From Desulfomonilia bacterium (GTDB taxonomy: Bacteria > Desulfobacterota > Desulfomonilia > UBA1062): DNA of 64,000 bases. The notes beneath the pieces are model-generated. The model searched no databases, was not told the origin of the DNA, and was given only the letters and a program-made list of their open reading frames with translations. The DNA is taken from assembly GCA_050014195.1 (NCBI GenBank), contig JBEKDT010000017.1, forward strand, positions 44,561 through 108,560, written 5' to 3'. The translations under genes were made by a program, and so were the position numbers. Below are positions 28,371 through 38,749 of this stretch, one piece after another; position 1 is the stretch's first letter, and the number at the start of each line of letters is the position of its first letter.

Positions 28371-28880
28371 TTAGGAAGATGATGCCGTGTCGATTTTCCC
28401 CATTGCGGAAAGAATCATCTTTTCAGCATCTTTTTTTTCAATTTTTTTTGATATCGAGATCTCGTTAACCAGGAGGTTCTTGGCAGTGTCATACATCTTC
28501 CTCTCACCGAAAGAGAGTTCCTTACCTCGCTTGAGGATATTAAGGTCTCTCAATACCTCTGCGATCTCATAGGCCGAACCGCTTTTGATCTTTTCCATGT
28601 ATTCGCGATACCGGCGGTTCCATGTCTGGTTATCGACATGAACGGATCGCTGTTTAAGGATATCAATGACCTGATCGATCCCTTTATTTTTAATGAGTTC
28701 TCGGATGCCGACATTCTTTACATTTGACACAGGGACCATGACTGTCATCTGAGTATCGATGATCTTCAGTATGATGAAAGACATTTTACTGCCCGAGATC
28801 TCTCTATCCTCCACCAATTCCACTTCAGCAACCCCATGTGCTGGGTATACAACTATATCTCCGACCTTGAACATGAGCAA
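28371..28880 (-). CDS. carD: CarD family RNA polymerase-binding regulator
   Basis: FKVGD.VVYPAHGV, WNRRYREYMEKIKSG, LSFGERKM. Confidence 0.95.
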   Translation of the reverse strand: MLMFKVGDIVVYPAHGVAEVELVEDREISGSKMSFIILKIIDTQMTVMVPVSNVKNVGIRELIKNKGIDQVIDILKQRSVHVDNQTWNRRYREYMEKIKSGSAYEIAEVLRDLNILKRGKELSFGERKMYDTAKNLLVNEISISKKIEKKDAEKMILSAMGKIDTASSS

Positions 28881-28901
28881 TATCCCTTTCCTGTATAGGG
28901 A

Positions 28902-28930
28902 ACAATAGCAATTCAGCGCAATTTAGTCAA
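28902..28930 (-). promoter_or_regulatory. Sigma70 promoter of the carD-ispDF operon
   Basis: Minus strand TTGACT-17 nt-TATTGT with an extended -10 TG. Confidence 0.65.
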
Positions 28931-29086
28931 GGCTACCTGAGGAATTATCCATAAAAGATAAATAATTATAGAATATAAAGCGTAAATAGACACATCATCA
29001 AGCATCTACCTTCAAGAGATCCCCTTTAGCCCCAAAGGACCGAGATCCTTGACTTACAGGTATGAGATATGAGAACACCTTAGTCC

Positions 29087-29866
29087 ATGAGATACCCCCA
29101 GATTGATCCTGTGCTTATCCATATGGGCCCTTTGCAGCTGAGATGGTATGGTCTTATGTATATTATCGGCTTCATAGTAGCGTACTTTGTCATAATGGAT
29201 CTCTGCCGCCGCAGAAAGCTCCCCATGACAAAGACCGAGGTGGAAGATCTCATCACCTATTGCATACTTGGACTCGTTATAGGGGCCCGTGTGGGTTACT
29301 GCCTTATCTACAATCCAGGATATTATCTTTCCCACCCTTTAAAGTTTCTTGCCGTATGGGAAGGTGGGATGTCGTTTCATGGAGGCCTGGCAGGTCTGGT
29401 CCTCACCGGATGGATCTTCTCGATATCACGCAAGAAGCCCTTCCTTATGCTGGCCGATATCGGTGCAATAGGCGCAACTCCCGGCCTCTTTTTCGGCCGC
29501 ATCGGCAACTTCATCAATGCCGAGCTCTATGGAAGGGTGACAAACGCCCCCTGGGGTATGATATTTCCTAATGGAGGGCCTTTCCCGAGGCATCCTTCCC
29601 AGATCTATGAGGCCCTTTCTGAAGGTCTTCTCCTTTTCATCATCCTCTATCTCGTCAGCAGGAAGGTAAGTATTCATGGCATATTATTCGGCGTTTTTCT
29701 TACCTGCTACGGAACCATTCGATTTTCCTTGGAGTTCTTCAGGGAGCCTGACCCACAGCTCGGTTTTGTCATCGGGCCTTTTACCATGGGACAGCTTCTT
29801 TGCATGATCATGGTAGTCATTGGGTTAATCCTCATAACCTGGCGCCTAAAGTCGCGGGAAGTATAG
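29087..29866 (+). CDS. lgt: Prolipoprotein diacylglyceryl transferase
   Basis: RWYGLMY, GGMSFHGG, GRIGNFINAELYGR, RHPSQIYE, EFFREPD. Confidence 0.97.
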   Translation: MRYPQIDPVLIHMGPLQLRWYGLMYIIGFIVAYFVIMDLCRRRKLPMTKTEVEDLITYCILGLVIGARVGYCLIYNPGYYLSHPLKFLAVWEGGMSFHGGLAGLVLTGWIFSISRKKPFLMLADIGAIGATPGLFFGRIGNFINAELYGRVTNAPWGMIFPNGGPFPRHPSQIYEALSEGLLLFIILYLVSRKVSIHGILFGVFLTCYGTIRFSLEFFREPDPQLGFVIGPFTMGQLLCMIMVVIGLILITWRLKSREV

Positions 29867-29882
29867 TGCGATAAGCACATTA

Positions 29883-31781
29883 ATGAGGCATCCGGATACA
29901 AGTGTTTCAAGCGGTCTGAGGGCCTTTACAAGCTACAACCGCTACAAGAAGGACATTATGTACAAGTGTGACCCTGCGGGTGCGCGGGTCATCCTTGAAC
30001 TTTTACCCTTGCTGATACATATCAATCACCCCAATCTGCCCGGTTATGTGGAGCATGGGGACTGCCCATGCGGCATCAAATACATGGAGTGGCCTTCACA
30101 GACATTCAGAGACATCGGGTCGCTTCTCACCTCCAGGGTCAATCTAGGGAGAATACAGGATTATATCCCCCGGCAGCACGAGATCGAAGGGCTGTTCACC
30201 ATTGGATCTGTGGGCAGCCTTGCCCAGACGAGAGAATCGGACTATGACATCTGGGTGGTGGTGGATGCCCAGCGCATCGAGCCTGATAGGATCAGGTCCC
30301 TCGAAAAGAAGCTGAAGATTCTCCAGCGGTGGATTACCGGTAAATACCTTCTTGATATTCACTTTTTCCTCATGGACCTTAAGGATATCAAAGCCAACAA
30401 ATTCGGCTCTGTATCCCAGGAGGGTTCCGGCTCGGCCCTGAAGAGCATCCTTAAGGAAGAGTTCTACCGCACCTTGACCCTCATCGAAGGGAGGGTGCCG
30501 CTTTGGTGGGTCGTATCTCCTGAGACGGAGAAAGATACCTATGAAAAGATGCGAACAATAGTGCATTCGCAATCCAGCTCAAATGATGAAGATATCATCG
30601 ATCTCGGCAATCTTGAATCCATACCTGAACAAGAGCTCCTGGGTGCAGCATTGTGGCAGATGCACAAGGCACTCGACGATCCTCTGAAATCGGTCCTCAA
30701 GATGGCCCTTGTCGCCAGTTATCTGGACACCTCGTCAAAGGACATGCTCTTATGCAATGTCCTTAAGAAAAAGGTTTTCCATGCCGTAGGGCAAGACATC
30801 GTTGATCCCTATTACCAAATCCTTCGCCGCGTGGAGGATTATTACCGTTTACGGGGTGATGACCGTACGGTTGATCTGCTCAGGAAGTGTTTTTACCTGA
30901 AGGTGAACCCCAATATTCGCAGCACCGATCTTATCAAGCTGGAGCGTGATGGTAAATCGTCGATGATGGTGGACATTGTTAAGTCATGGGGGTGGTCTTA
31001 CCACGCCATCAAGGAACTGAATGAATTCTCTGAATGGGGAGTGGAAAAGTATCGGGAGTTCGGAGATGATATCCATGCATACCTCAAACTGGCCACCGTA
31101 CAACTCATACGCAGGGCCAAGTCATACATGGTTCATTCAGCCCTTGACGAGGATGTTGAAGTAGAGGTCCTCAGGCGGAGAGTTGAGGCCTTTTATGTAT
31201 CAAAAGACGGGAAGATCGAGTCTGAAAAGCGGGTGAAGAAAAAGGAGCCCGCATATCGAGATCTTTTCTTTGTTTATAAAAAGGGTATCTGGAGCATTTT
31301 CGAGTGGTCTCCGGAAATGAGCGATGTTGCCCCCATCATGGAATCCGACAGGGTGACCAAAATCCTTGCATGGCTTGTCTACAACAAACGCTTCGATGCA
31401 TCCACCGCCTTCCACATGATCCCCAATGCATCCAAGGTGGTGCTGTTCGACATTCAATCTCTGTTATGGAGGCTCAACGCGCTGATCCCGGATGCCGGCT
31501 CCATCGGCCTTGACCGTTCATCTCTTATGGAAGACAAATACGCCAGGCACGTGGTTATTGTTGCAAACATTGAATGCCCTGACAGTCTGCATTCTATACG
31601 TGAGCTGGATGTGCTCTTTATGAATACATGGAACGAGCTCTTCTGCCTTTCCATTAAGCCCGAGCAAATAGGGGCATGGATGGCCAAGATGAAGAGGCCT
31701 TCTACCCAGGTTAATATCTGGCTGCCCAAGGAGGGTAATCCCAAGTATCTCACCCAAACAGTCGTATCCCTCATCAGCTAA
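29883..31781 (+). CDS. Class I adenylate cyclase-like protein
   Basis: LLPLLIHINHP, GSVGSLAQ..SDYDIW nucleotidyltransferase motif, EEFYRT, PLWW, WQMHKALDDPLKSVLKM, DPY, RKCFYLK. Confidence 0.85.
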   Translation: MRHPDTSVSSGLRAFTSYNRYKKDIMYKCDPAGARVILELLPLLIHINHPNLPGYVEHGDCPCGIKYMEWPSQTFRDIGSLLTSRVNLGRIQDYIPRQHEIEGLFTIGSVGSLAQTRESDYDIWVVVDAQRIEPDRIRSLEKKLKILQRWITGKYLLDIHFFLMDLKDIKANKFGSVSQEGSGSALKSILKEEFYRTLTLIEGRVPLWWVVSPETEKDTYEKMRTIVHSQSSSNDEDIIDLGNLESIPEQELLGAALWQMHKALDDPLKSVLKMALVASYLDTSSKDMLLCNVLKKKVFHAVGQDIVDPYYQILRRVEDYYRLRGDDRTVDLLRKCFYLKVNPNIRSTDLIKLERDGKSSMMVDIVKSWGWSYHAIKELNEFSEWGVEKYREFGDDIHAYLKLATVQLIRRAKSYMVHSALDEDVEVEVLRRRVEAFYVSKDGKIESEKRVKKKEPAYRDLFFVYKKGIWSIFEWSPEMSDVAPIMESDRVTKILAWLVYNKRFDASTAFHMIPNASKVVLFDIQSLLWRLNALIPDAGSIGLDRSSLMEDKYARHVVIVANIECPDSLHSIRELDVLFMNTWNELFCLSIKPEQIGAWMAKMKRPSTQVNIWLPKEGNPKYLTQTVVSLIS

Positions 31782-31882
31782 CTCTTTGCACGTCTTGTCT
31801 GTTGTTTAAAGTGCTCAACAAGAATCCGTCCCAGGCATATGAAGGATATCCCTTGCCCCTGGCAAGTCCCGGTATAACACCC

Positions 31883-33187
31883 TTAATGATCTGCTGGTTT
31901 ACTATCTTGATGTTTAAGGTGCTTTACTGAATCATAGTCTAAAGTTGCTTCAGGTTTCTTCACGGTATCCTGAATGTTTTTCAGGCTGAAGCAGAACATT
32001 GAGCCGGTACCCGTTTCACTCTCTACCCATATCCGGCCCCCGTGCTCCTCGACGATCCTTCGTGCGATATACAGCCCGAGACCCGTGCTTGTCTCTCCCG
32101 AAGATGGCTGAATGCTGGTGGTCTGGAAGGGCCTGAAAAGGTTATACTGCTCATCAATGGGAATCCCCGGCCCCTGGTCTTGAACGGCAACCACGATCTC
32201 ATCGGCTCTGTTATCAACCGAAACGGTTATTGTCGAGAATCTCGGAGAGAACTTGATTGCATTCGAGATGAGGTTGTTGAGCACCTGATCGATCTTTGCA
32301 GGGTCGATCCTTGCCATAAGCGGTCCTGCAGGGGCAATAAGGTTGACCTGGATACCTTTGGCCTCTGCCAGGTGCTGATTAAATTGCACATCGTCGTTTA
32401 CAACCTCCAATAGGTCGATTTCCTGGATACTTAAGGGAAAACGCGTAGTCTCAATCCGTGAAATATCCAGAAGCTCATCCAGCAGGTTCTGCATGGTAAT
32501 ACCCGATCTGTGTATGAGTTCAAGGTATGTGCGCTCTTTTTTTGTCTGAGCCGTTACCTTTTCCAGGAGCATGTTGCTGCACCCAAGCAGAACGTTCAGG
32601 GAATTTTTCAGGTCATGGGCTGCGATGCCCAGGAACAGGTGCATCTGCTTATTGAGCCTTTGGGTCTGTTCGTTTGCCTTTTCGAGTTCAAGGGTTGCCC
32701 AGATCTCGTGGAGGTCTGAAATGACAAGGCGCGAGAACTTCTGGAGCAGGTTAATGAGCTGTTCGGAGTAATGGTTCTCTTCTGTGTCCATTACGCAGAT
32801 AGTGCCGAAGATCTCACCCCCAGGCCAAGTAAGCGGCATACCCAGGTATGAGATCATACCCTGTTTGATCCAAGGATTTTGGCACCACCTCGGATCATTG
32901 AGGGCATCAGCGATGAGCAGTGGATTTATGTTGCTCATGACATGTTCACAATACAGGCCCGTTTCATAGGACTCTTGATTGCCGGGTTCATAAGGGTGCG
33001 CGGCATTCCGGTTCCGAACGAATACCTCGATATGGCGTTCATGTGCCCTCATGATAAGTGCTGTCGGGACATGGAAGATATCGGATATCAGGTCAACGAT
33101 CTCCTGCCATGCCCCGAGGACGGCCTTGGGCACCTCAATATAATCAAGAACAGGATATTTTGATTTCTCGCTGTTTTTGGAATCCAT
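31883..33187 (-). CDS. GAF-domain sensor histidine kinase (orphan)
   Basis: GLYCE..YLGMPL..FGTICVMD GAF; AAHDLKN H-box; NLISNAIKF, DQGPGI, GLGL boxes. Confidence 0.9.
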   Translation of the reverse strand: MDSKNSEKSKYPVLDYIEVPKAVLGAWQEIVDLISDIFHVPTALIMRAHERHIEVFVRNRNAAHPYEPGNQESYETGLYCEHVMSNINPLLIADALNDPRWCQNPWIKQGMISYLGMPLTWPGGEIFGTICVMDTEENHYSEQLINLLQKFSRLVISDLHEIWATLELEKANEQTQRLNKQMHLFLGIAAHDLKNSLNVLLGCSNMLLEKVTAQTKKERTYLELIHRSGITMQNLLDELLDISRIETTRFPLSIQEIDLLEVVNDDVQFNQHLAEAKGIQVNLIAPAGPLMARIDPAKIDQVLNNLISNAIKFSPRFSTITVSVDNRADEIVVAVQDQGPGIPIDEQYNLFRPFQTTSIQPSSGETSTGLGLYIARRIVEEHGGRIWVESETGTGSMFCFSLKNIQDTVKKPEATLDYDSVKHLKHQDSKPADH

Positions 33188-33478
33188 ATGATTCCCAATG
33201 CAGATCGGATACATGCACTTCATTACATTCCACTCATATATTATAAGGGGAATATCGTTTTTGGGAACAGGGTAATTGATTATGTCATATAAAAAAATCG
33301 TATCGTGCATATGAGGCTTTCTTCCAGGGCGCGAGGGTGTCCTGAAGCCTCAAGCCTCATTAAGAAGCTTATGATCATCAGACAACATTATCACTTGACA
33401 CCCGCTGTGCAACCTATTAACCCCTTGATTCATCCATTTAGAGATCCATACTGCATATGAACAAATGGGGAGGGGTGC

Positions 33479-34576
33479 ATGGCACAGGAGGAAAACAGCA
33501 GCGGAAATAATTCCAACAGATCGATGATCTTCGTTGTATTTGCACTCATTGCTGTTATGATCGCCACCGGTGTCTATTTCTATATCAGACATACCAAATA
33601 CTATATTTCAACGGATGATGCCTATGTGACCGGCAGGATCCATTCAATAGCCCCGAAGATTGCTGGAACGGTAAAGGCGGTCTATGCGGAAGACAACCAG
33701 TTGGTGAAGAATGGAGCCCTCCTTCTGGAGATTGACAGTAAGGATTACGATGTCAGGGTAAGCGATGCCAAGGCTGCCATGGAGTCCGAGCAATCGAAGC
33801 TCCTTGAGCTCTCTGTTCGGGTGGATGTTGCCGAAAAGCAGCTCACGGAGATCCAATCGAGGATCGATGCAGCCCGGGCAACGTATGCCTTACAAGAGGC
33901 AAACCTAAAGCAGGCAAGGCAGGATCTTAACCGTGCTCAGAAGCTCTATAACAAAGGGGTCTTGGCCGAGGCAACACTCGAGAAGGCAACAACCGCTTAT
34001 GATATAGCGAAGGCCCAGGTGGATGCGGCCGGCGAGCAGATCAAGCAGGCTTTAGCCTCACTGGAAACGCAGAAGCTTGTAGTCTTACAGTCTAATACGG
34101 CCCTCAAATCCCAGGGATATGTCGTAGAACAGAAAAAACAGCTACTCGCAACCGAGAGCTTGCGGCAGAGCTATACAAAGATATATGCCCCTTCAGACGG
34201 GTACATCACCAAGAAGAACATAGAGGTCGGCAACCAGATACAGGTGGGCCAGCCTGTCATGGCGGTTGTTCCGTTGACTGATGTATGGGTTGTGGCCAAT
34301 TATAAGGAGACACAGCTTACAAACGTGAAGCCCGGCCAGAAGGTAGATATTAAGGTAGACACCTATCCCGGCAAGACCTTCTCAGGGACCGTGGACAGCA
34401 TCATGGCTGGCACGGGCTCGGTCTTCTCGCTTTTCCCTCCGGAAAACGCCACAGGAAACTATGTGAAGGTGGTGCAGCGTGTCCCGGTGAAGATCATCCT
34501 GGAAAAAGGGACGGATCCTGATCATCTCCTGCGTGTGGGCATGTCGGTGGAGCCCACGATCAAAGTAAGAAAGTAG
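33479..34576 (+). CDS. HlyD/EmrA-family efflux membrane fusion protein
   Basis: STDDAYV, ANYKETQL, FSLFPPENATGNYVKVVQRVPVKI. Confidence 0.93.
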   Translation: MAQEENSSGNNSNRSMIFVVFALIAVMIATGVYFYIRHTKYYISTDDAYVTGRIHSIAPKIAGTVKAVYAEDNQLVKNGALLLEIDSKDYDVRVSDAKAAMESEQSKLLELSVRVDVAEKQLTEIQSRIDAARATYALQEANLKQARQDLNRAQKLYNKGVLAEATLEKATTAYDIAKAQVDAAGEQIKQALASLETQKLVVLQSNTALKSQGYVVEQKKQLLATESLRQSYTKIYAPSDGYITKKNIEVGNQIQVGQPVMAVVPLTDVWVVANYKETQLTNVKPGQKVDIKVDTYPGKTFSGTVDSIMAGTGSVFSLFPPENATGNYVKVVQRVPVKIILEKGTDPDHLLRVGMSVEPTIKVRK

Positions 34577-34593
34577 CAGCAGGAGCTTAACGC

Positions 34594-36156
34594 ATGATAA
34601 CCGCGCCATCGCCGCCCCAGGCGAATAAATGGCTCGTTGCCCCGACCGTGATGCTTCCCATGCTCATGGTCGTCCTCGACACCTCGGTGGTGAATGTATC
34701 GCTGGATCATATCCGGGGAAGTCTCTCTGCAGGCATCGATGAGGCGACCTGGTCCATCACCGCGTATCTTGCAGCCAATGCGGTTATAATCCCCATGTCA
34801 GGGTGGATAAGCAGGCTCATCGGGCGGAAACGGTACCTCCTTTTATCGATTGTGCTGTTTACGCTGAGCTCTTTTCTCTGCGGGATCTCATGGAACATTC
34901 AGAGCCTCATTATCTTCAGGGTCATACAGGGCCTTACCGGCGGGGCAATGCCGCCGCTGTCCCAGGCTATTTTGTTGGAGTCATTCCCCCCTCAGCAATA
35001 CGGCATGGCCATGGCCATCTTCGGGATCGGCGTCACGTTCGGGCCCATCATCGGTCCGGTTCTCGGAGGATGGATCACCGACAACCTCACCTGGCACTGG
35101 GTATTCTTCATCAATATCCCCATCGGTATTGTCTCCGTTATCATGGCGATCTTGTTCATTGTAGACCCTCCCTACATGAAGGGCATACGCATGAAGATCG
35201 ACTATATCGGTCTCATCCTGCTTGCCCTCGGCGTGGGGTGCCTCCAACTCCTCCTCGACAGGGGCGAGAGGAACGACTGGTTTAATTCCAACCTCATGCT
35301 TGCCCTTGCAATCATCTCGGTGTTCTCCATTGCCTTGTTCATCATTGTGGAGCGCCGCACCGAAAGGCCCATTGTTGATCTGAAGGTATTTAGGAACTAT
35401 TCCTTCTGCCTCGGGAATCTGGCCATATTCTTCTTTATGGTGAACCTCTTTGGAACGCTTGTCCTACTGCCTATCTACCTACAAACCCTCATGGGTTATA
35501 CATCGAGTCTGTCCGGCATCGTGCTTGCACCCGGGGGCGTTGCAAACCTGGTGGCCATGCCCCTCGTGGGGAGGTTTCTGCATCGATTCAACCCGAAGAT
35601 TTTTGTCATACCCGGAGTTCTCCTCACAGCATATTCCACGCTCCTCATGGCCAGCTTTACCCTGGGTGTAGACTTTATGACGGTTCTGTGGCCCAGGGTT
35701 GTCATGGGCCTGGGCATGGGTATGCTCTTCATCCCGCTCACCACCCTGACGGTCTCCGGCATCAGCAAGGAAAACATGGGCAATGCCACTGCCATCTATA
35801 ATCTCATCAGGAATATCGGGGGCAGCATAGGCATCGCCATCGTCACCACCATGGTAAACCGCAGGGCCCAGTTCCACCAGATGCGACTGGTGGAGCATAT
35901 GACCCCGTATGATTCGATGTACTACCAACGTGCCCAGCAGGGGGCCAATCTTCTGCAACAAAGCGGTTTGGACCCGTCTACGGCAAGGCAGGGCGGGCTC
36001 GGCATCATATATGAGAATATGATCAGACAGGCATCAATGCTCTCATTTGATGATGTCTTTTATGCCCTCGCGGTGATGACCCTTATCCTTATCCCCCTGG
36101 TGCTCTTCATGAAACAGAGCAAAGAAGGGCAGGGACCGGCCGCACTCGGCGAGTGA
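34594..36156 (+). CDS. DHA2-family MFS efflux permease (EmrB/QacA)
   Basis: LDTSVVNVSL, GPIIGPVLGGWITDN, FFINIPIG; multiple TM helices. Confidence 0.93.
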   Translation: MITAPSPPQANKWLVAPTVMLPMLMVVLDTSVVNVSLDHIRGSLSAGIDEATWSITAYLAANAVIIPMSGWISRLIGRKRYLLLSIVLFTLSSFLCGISWNIQSLIIFRVIQGLTGGAMPPLSQAILLESFPPQQYGMAMAIFGIGVTFGPIIGPVLGGWITDNLTWHWVFFINIPIGIVSVIMAILFIVDPPYMKGIRMKIDYIGLILLALGVGCLQLLLDRGERNDWFNSNLMLALAIISVFSIALFIIVERRTERPIVDLKVFRNYSFCLGNLAIFFFMVNLFGTLVLLPIYLQTLMGYTSSLSGIVLAPGGVANLVAMPLVGRFLHRFNPKIFVIPGVLLTAYSTLLMASFTLGVDFMTVLWPRVVMGLGMGMLFIPLTTLTVSGISKENMGNATAIYNLIRNIGGSIGIAIVTTMVNRRAQFHQMRLVEHMTPYDSMYYQRAQQGANLLQQSGLDPSTARQGGLGIIYENMIRQASMLSFDDVFYALAVMTLILIPLVLFMKQSKEGQGPAALGE

Positions 36157-36180
36157 TTAAGAGTCGTTGCAAGTCACCGC

Positions 36181-36227
36181 AGGGGTCTTACGAGTTTCAA
36201 GATTTATTGAAAAGACCCCCTTTTTTT
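36181..36227 (+). terminator. Probable terminator after the EmrB-like gene
   Basis: GGGGTCTT...AAGACCCC stem with inner TTCAA/TTGAA pair, followed by T7. Confidence 0.65.
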
Positions 36228-36300
36228 CTCGAAGCAGGGCATTACTAAATGATTATTCGCACGAATAAACAAAGCGGTTTATAGCTTTATCGAGGATTGA

Positions 36301-37578
36301 ATGATGAGACCAATAAAACACAAGAAGGCTGAAATCAAGAAAAGACGGCTTCACAATGCACTTTGGGCCATGTTCATCGGAGACGCTTTGGCCATGCCGG
36401 CTCATTGGTACTACAGCCTTGAGAACATTCAAAAAGTCTTTGACAATGGTGTACAGGGATACAGAGACCCCCCGAATCCTCACCTTGAAAGCTTTATGGT
36501 GGGCATGGACTATACCCCTGATATTGAAACAGCCAAACGCCTTGGGCGTGCGTACGATATCCTCCACGAACATGCCCGATTTTATAAGACCAACTACAGC
36601 TCGCTTCAAATCCGGCTTTCTGATCAGGCAAAGGTAACCGGGAATACCGTTCCAGAGCTGGATGACCGCTATCATTACCACTACGGCCTGAAGGCCGGAG
36701 AGAACACCCTCGGTGCACAACTCGTGCGTGTGCTCATGCGTTCGGTGATCAGGAGAGGCCGCTACGACCATAATGCGTTCTTAGACGACTTCATCACGCA
36801 CCTCACCACACCCGGCAGGAACCGTGACCCGTATACCGAGATCTATATCCGCCGGTGGTTCGAAAATTATTCACGCGGCGTGCCGCCCCATGCCTGCGCC
36901 GAGCTGCAGCGCAATGTGTGGTCCATAAGTGCCCATGGCGGCATCATCAGGCCCCTGGTGCTCTCCACGCTCGTTGACAGCCCCTACCAGGGCCTTGGCC
37001 TTGCCGTCGAGCATCAGAACATGACGCATCGCGCAGAAAATTCGATCAGTGCGCTGGGCGTCCTGGTCCCGCTCTTCAACGCATTATTATCAGGGGCCGA
37101 GCCGCGCAAAACAATATCCACATATGCCCGGACAATACGCATACCGCGTATAACAGGCAAGGAACTGTTTGGAGTTTACCGTGACCATAATGGCCCGGGT
37201 AACATTCCAAAGGACGAGATGTGGAGACTCCATACGGAACTCATCGATAAACCGTTTGCGATTGATCGTTTTGTCAGGAAGTATACCGACAAGGATGTTA
37301 TTGCTCATCTGCTTGCCACCGCATGTTATCCTGAGCACGGCCTGCCGTTGCTCCTTTACCTCGCCTGGAGCCGTAACCTTGAAGTGGAACCCTCGCTGCT
37401 GGCCAATGTAAATGCCGGCGGTGACAATGTGCATCGCGGCATGCTCCTGGGCCTCATGCTCGGGGCTGCCAACGACAAGATACCGGGGCATCTTATCGAG
37501 GGCTTAATTGCACACGAGGACATTAAACACGAGATCGATGCCTTCATCGACATAGCCTTGAGCGGGAAGGGGATCTGA
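36301..37578 (+). CDS. ADP-ribosylglycohydrolase family protein (atypical subgroup)
   Basis: GDALAMPAHWYY, MTH, ANVNAGGDNVHRG..LG..LGA. Confidence 0.82.
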   Translation: MMRPIKHKKAEIKKRRLHNALWAMFIGDALAMPAHWYYSLENIQKVFDNGVQGYRDPPNPHLESFMVGMDYTPDIETAKRLGRAYDILHEHARFYKTNYSSLQIRLSDQAKVTGNTVPELDDRYHYHYGLKAGENTLGAQLVRVLMRSVIRRGRYDHNAFLDDFITHLTTPGRNRDPYTEIYIRRWFENYSRGVPPHACAELQRNVWSISAHGGIIRPLVLSTLVDSPYQGLGLAVEHQNMTHRAENSISALGVLVPLFNALLSGAEPRKTISTYARTIRIPRITGKELFGVYRDHNGPGNIPKDEMWRLHTELIDKPFAIDRFVRKYTDKDVIAHLLATACYPEHGLPLLLYLAWSRNLEVEPSLLANVNAGGDNVHRGMLLGLMLGAANDKIPGHLIEGLIAHEDIKHEIDAFIDIALSGKGI

Positions 37579-37718
37579 TACCGAATCGCAAAGAGCTGAG
37601 TATCTTCTTTGTGAGTGCCACGGCCTAAAGATACACCTCGCGATTAAAAACTCTAAAGGATTTTTATATATGTCATGCAAATCCGCGACAGAGCTGATAT
37701 TATAAAAACACAGCGCGT

Positions 37719-38738
37719 ATGAGAAGAACAATTCCTTCTTTCATCTATGTCTTTCTCCTTATCACCGGGCTCACACTCCCTTGCCTCGCCCAGGAGAAGA
37801 CCTATAAGGTGGAAGTCCTCCAGATCACTGCAATAGAAGAGCTCCAGCAGGTATATGACGGTTTTCTCAAGGAGTTGGAGAAGAGCGGCCTCATCCAGGG
37901 GAAGAACCTTGAGGTCAGGCGGACTATCATCGACTTCGACCTGGAGAACCCAACACTTACGAAAAGGATCAATGTCTATTTCAGGATTAAGAGTGAGGCC
38001 TCGCGAATCATAAAGGAGAAGCCTGACCTGGTCCTCACCATGGGGACCCCTGCCACAAGGTATTCCAAGGATAAGATCATTGCAGCGGGTATACCGCTGG
38101 AGTTCACGGCGCTTGCCTTTCCCACTGCTGTAGGCTGCAAGTCTTTGACAGAGGCCGGCCCGGGTTTTACCGGTGCAACCACGCACATGGACATGAAAGA
38201 CGCGCTCAAGGTTGTGAGGCTGGCATTCCCCGCTATCAAGACATTGGGCATCGTGAACAGCGACGATTTGAACAGCATCTCCCATGCGGAGGAGGCGAAA
38301 AAGGAAGGGCCCCCACAGGGCTTCACCGTAATATCGAAAAAGGTTGGTATGAAAGATAACATAGTACCCGCACTTATTGAGCTTCAGAAACAGGGTGCGC
38401 AGGCCTTTGTAGTACCTCCCGACCCCTACTACGAGATACGTAACCATGAGAAGGCCGGTGAGCTCATCGAGTTCTCAAAGACCAATAAGATCCCGGCCTT
38501 CAGCTTTGTCATTGACAGGGTCCCCGGCGCAATCCTGTATGTAGGGGTGGACTTCGGGGTCATCGGCGCTCTCTCCGGCCAACAGGCGGTCAAGATCCTT
38601 AAGGATGGCGTGAAACCGGGCAGTCTACCCATTGTAAGGCAGCAAAACCTCACGGTCTTGGTGGACATGAATCTCGTGCAGGCCATGGGCATTCAGCTGC
38701 CACCGGAAGTCCTTCACATTGCCAAGCCTCTCGATTAA
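37719..38738 (+). CDS. ABC transporter substrate-binding protein (ABC_sub_bind type), orphan
   Basis: Signal peptide; KPDLVLTMGTPAT, G.LSGQQAVKIL.G.KPGSLP, GIQLPPE. Confidence 0.82.
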   Translation: MRRTIPSFIYVFLLITGLTLPCLAQEKTYKVEVLQITAIEELQQVYDGFLKELEKSGLIQGKNLEVRRTIIDFDLENPTLTKRINVYFRIKSEASRIIKEKPDLVLTMGTPATRYSKDKIIAAGIPLEFTALAFPTAVGCKSLTEAGPGFTGATTHMDMKDALKVVRLAFPAIKTLGIVNSDDLNSISHAEEAKKEGPPQGFTVISKKVGMKDNIVPALIELQKQGAQAFVVPPDPYYEIRNHEKAGELIEFSKTNKIPAFSFVIDRVPGAILYVGVDFGVIGALSGQQAVKILKDGVKPGSLPIVRQQNLTVLVDMNLVQAMGIQLPPEVLHIAKPLD

Positions 38739-38749
38739 CATGCCATCCA

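Noticed and set aside
27365-28880. carD-PIN/TRAM-ispD-ispF-cysS order as a novel system
   Set aside because: Known conserved housekeeping neighbourhood
33311-33360. ATGAGGCTT...AAGCCTCAT inverted repeat in the divergent HK/emrA region
   Set aside because: Single occurrence with a long spacer; cannot tell an operator from chance
37580-37645. GCAAA...GCCACGGCCTAAA resembling part of a c-di-GMP-I riboswitch
   Set aside because: The GAAA tetraloop stem and GACGCAAAGC core are missing
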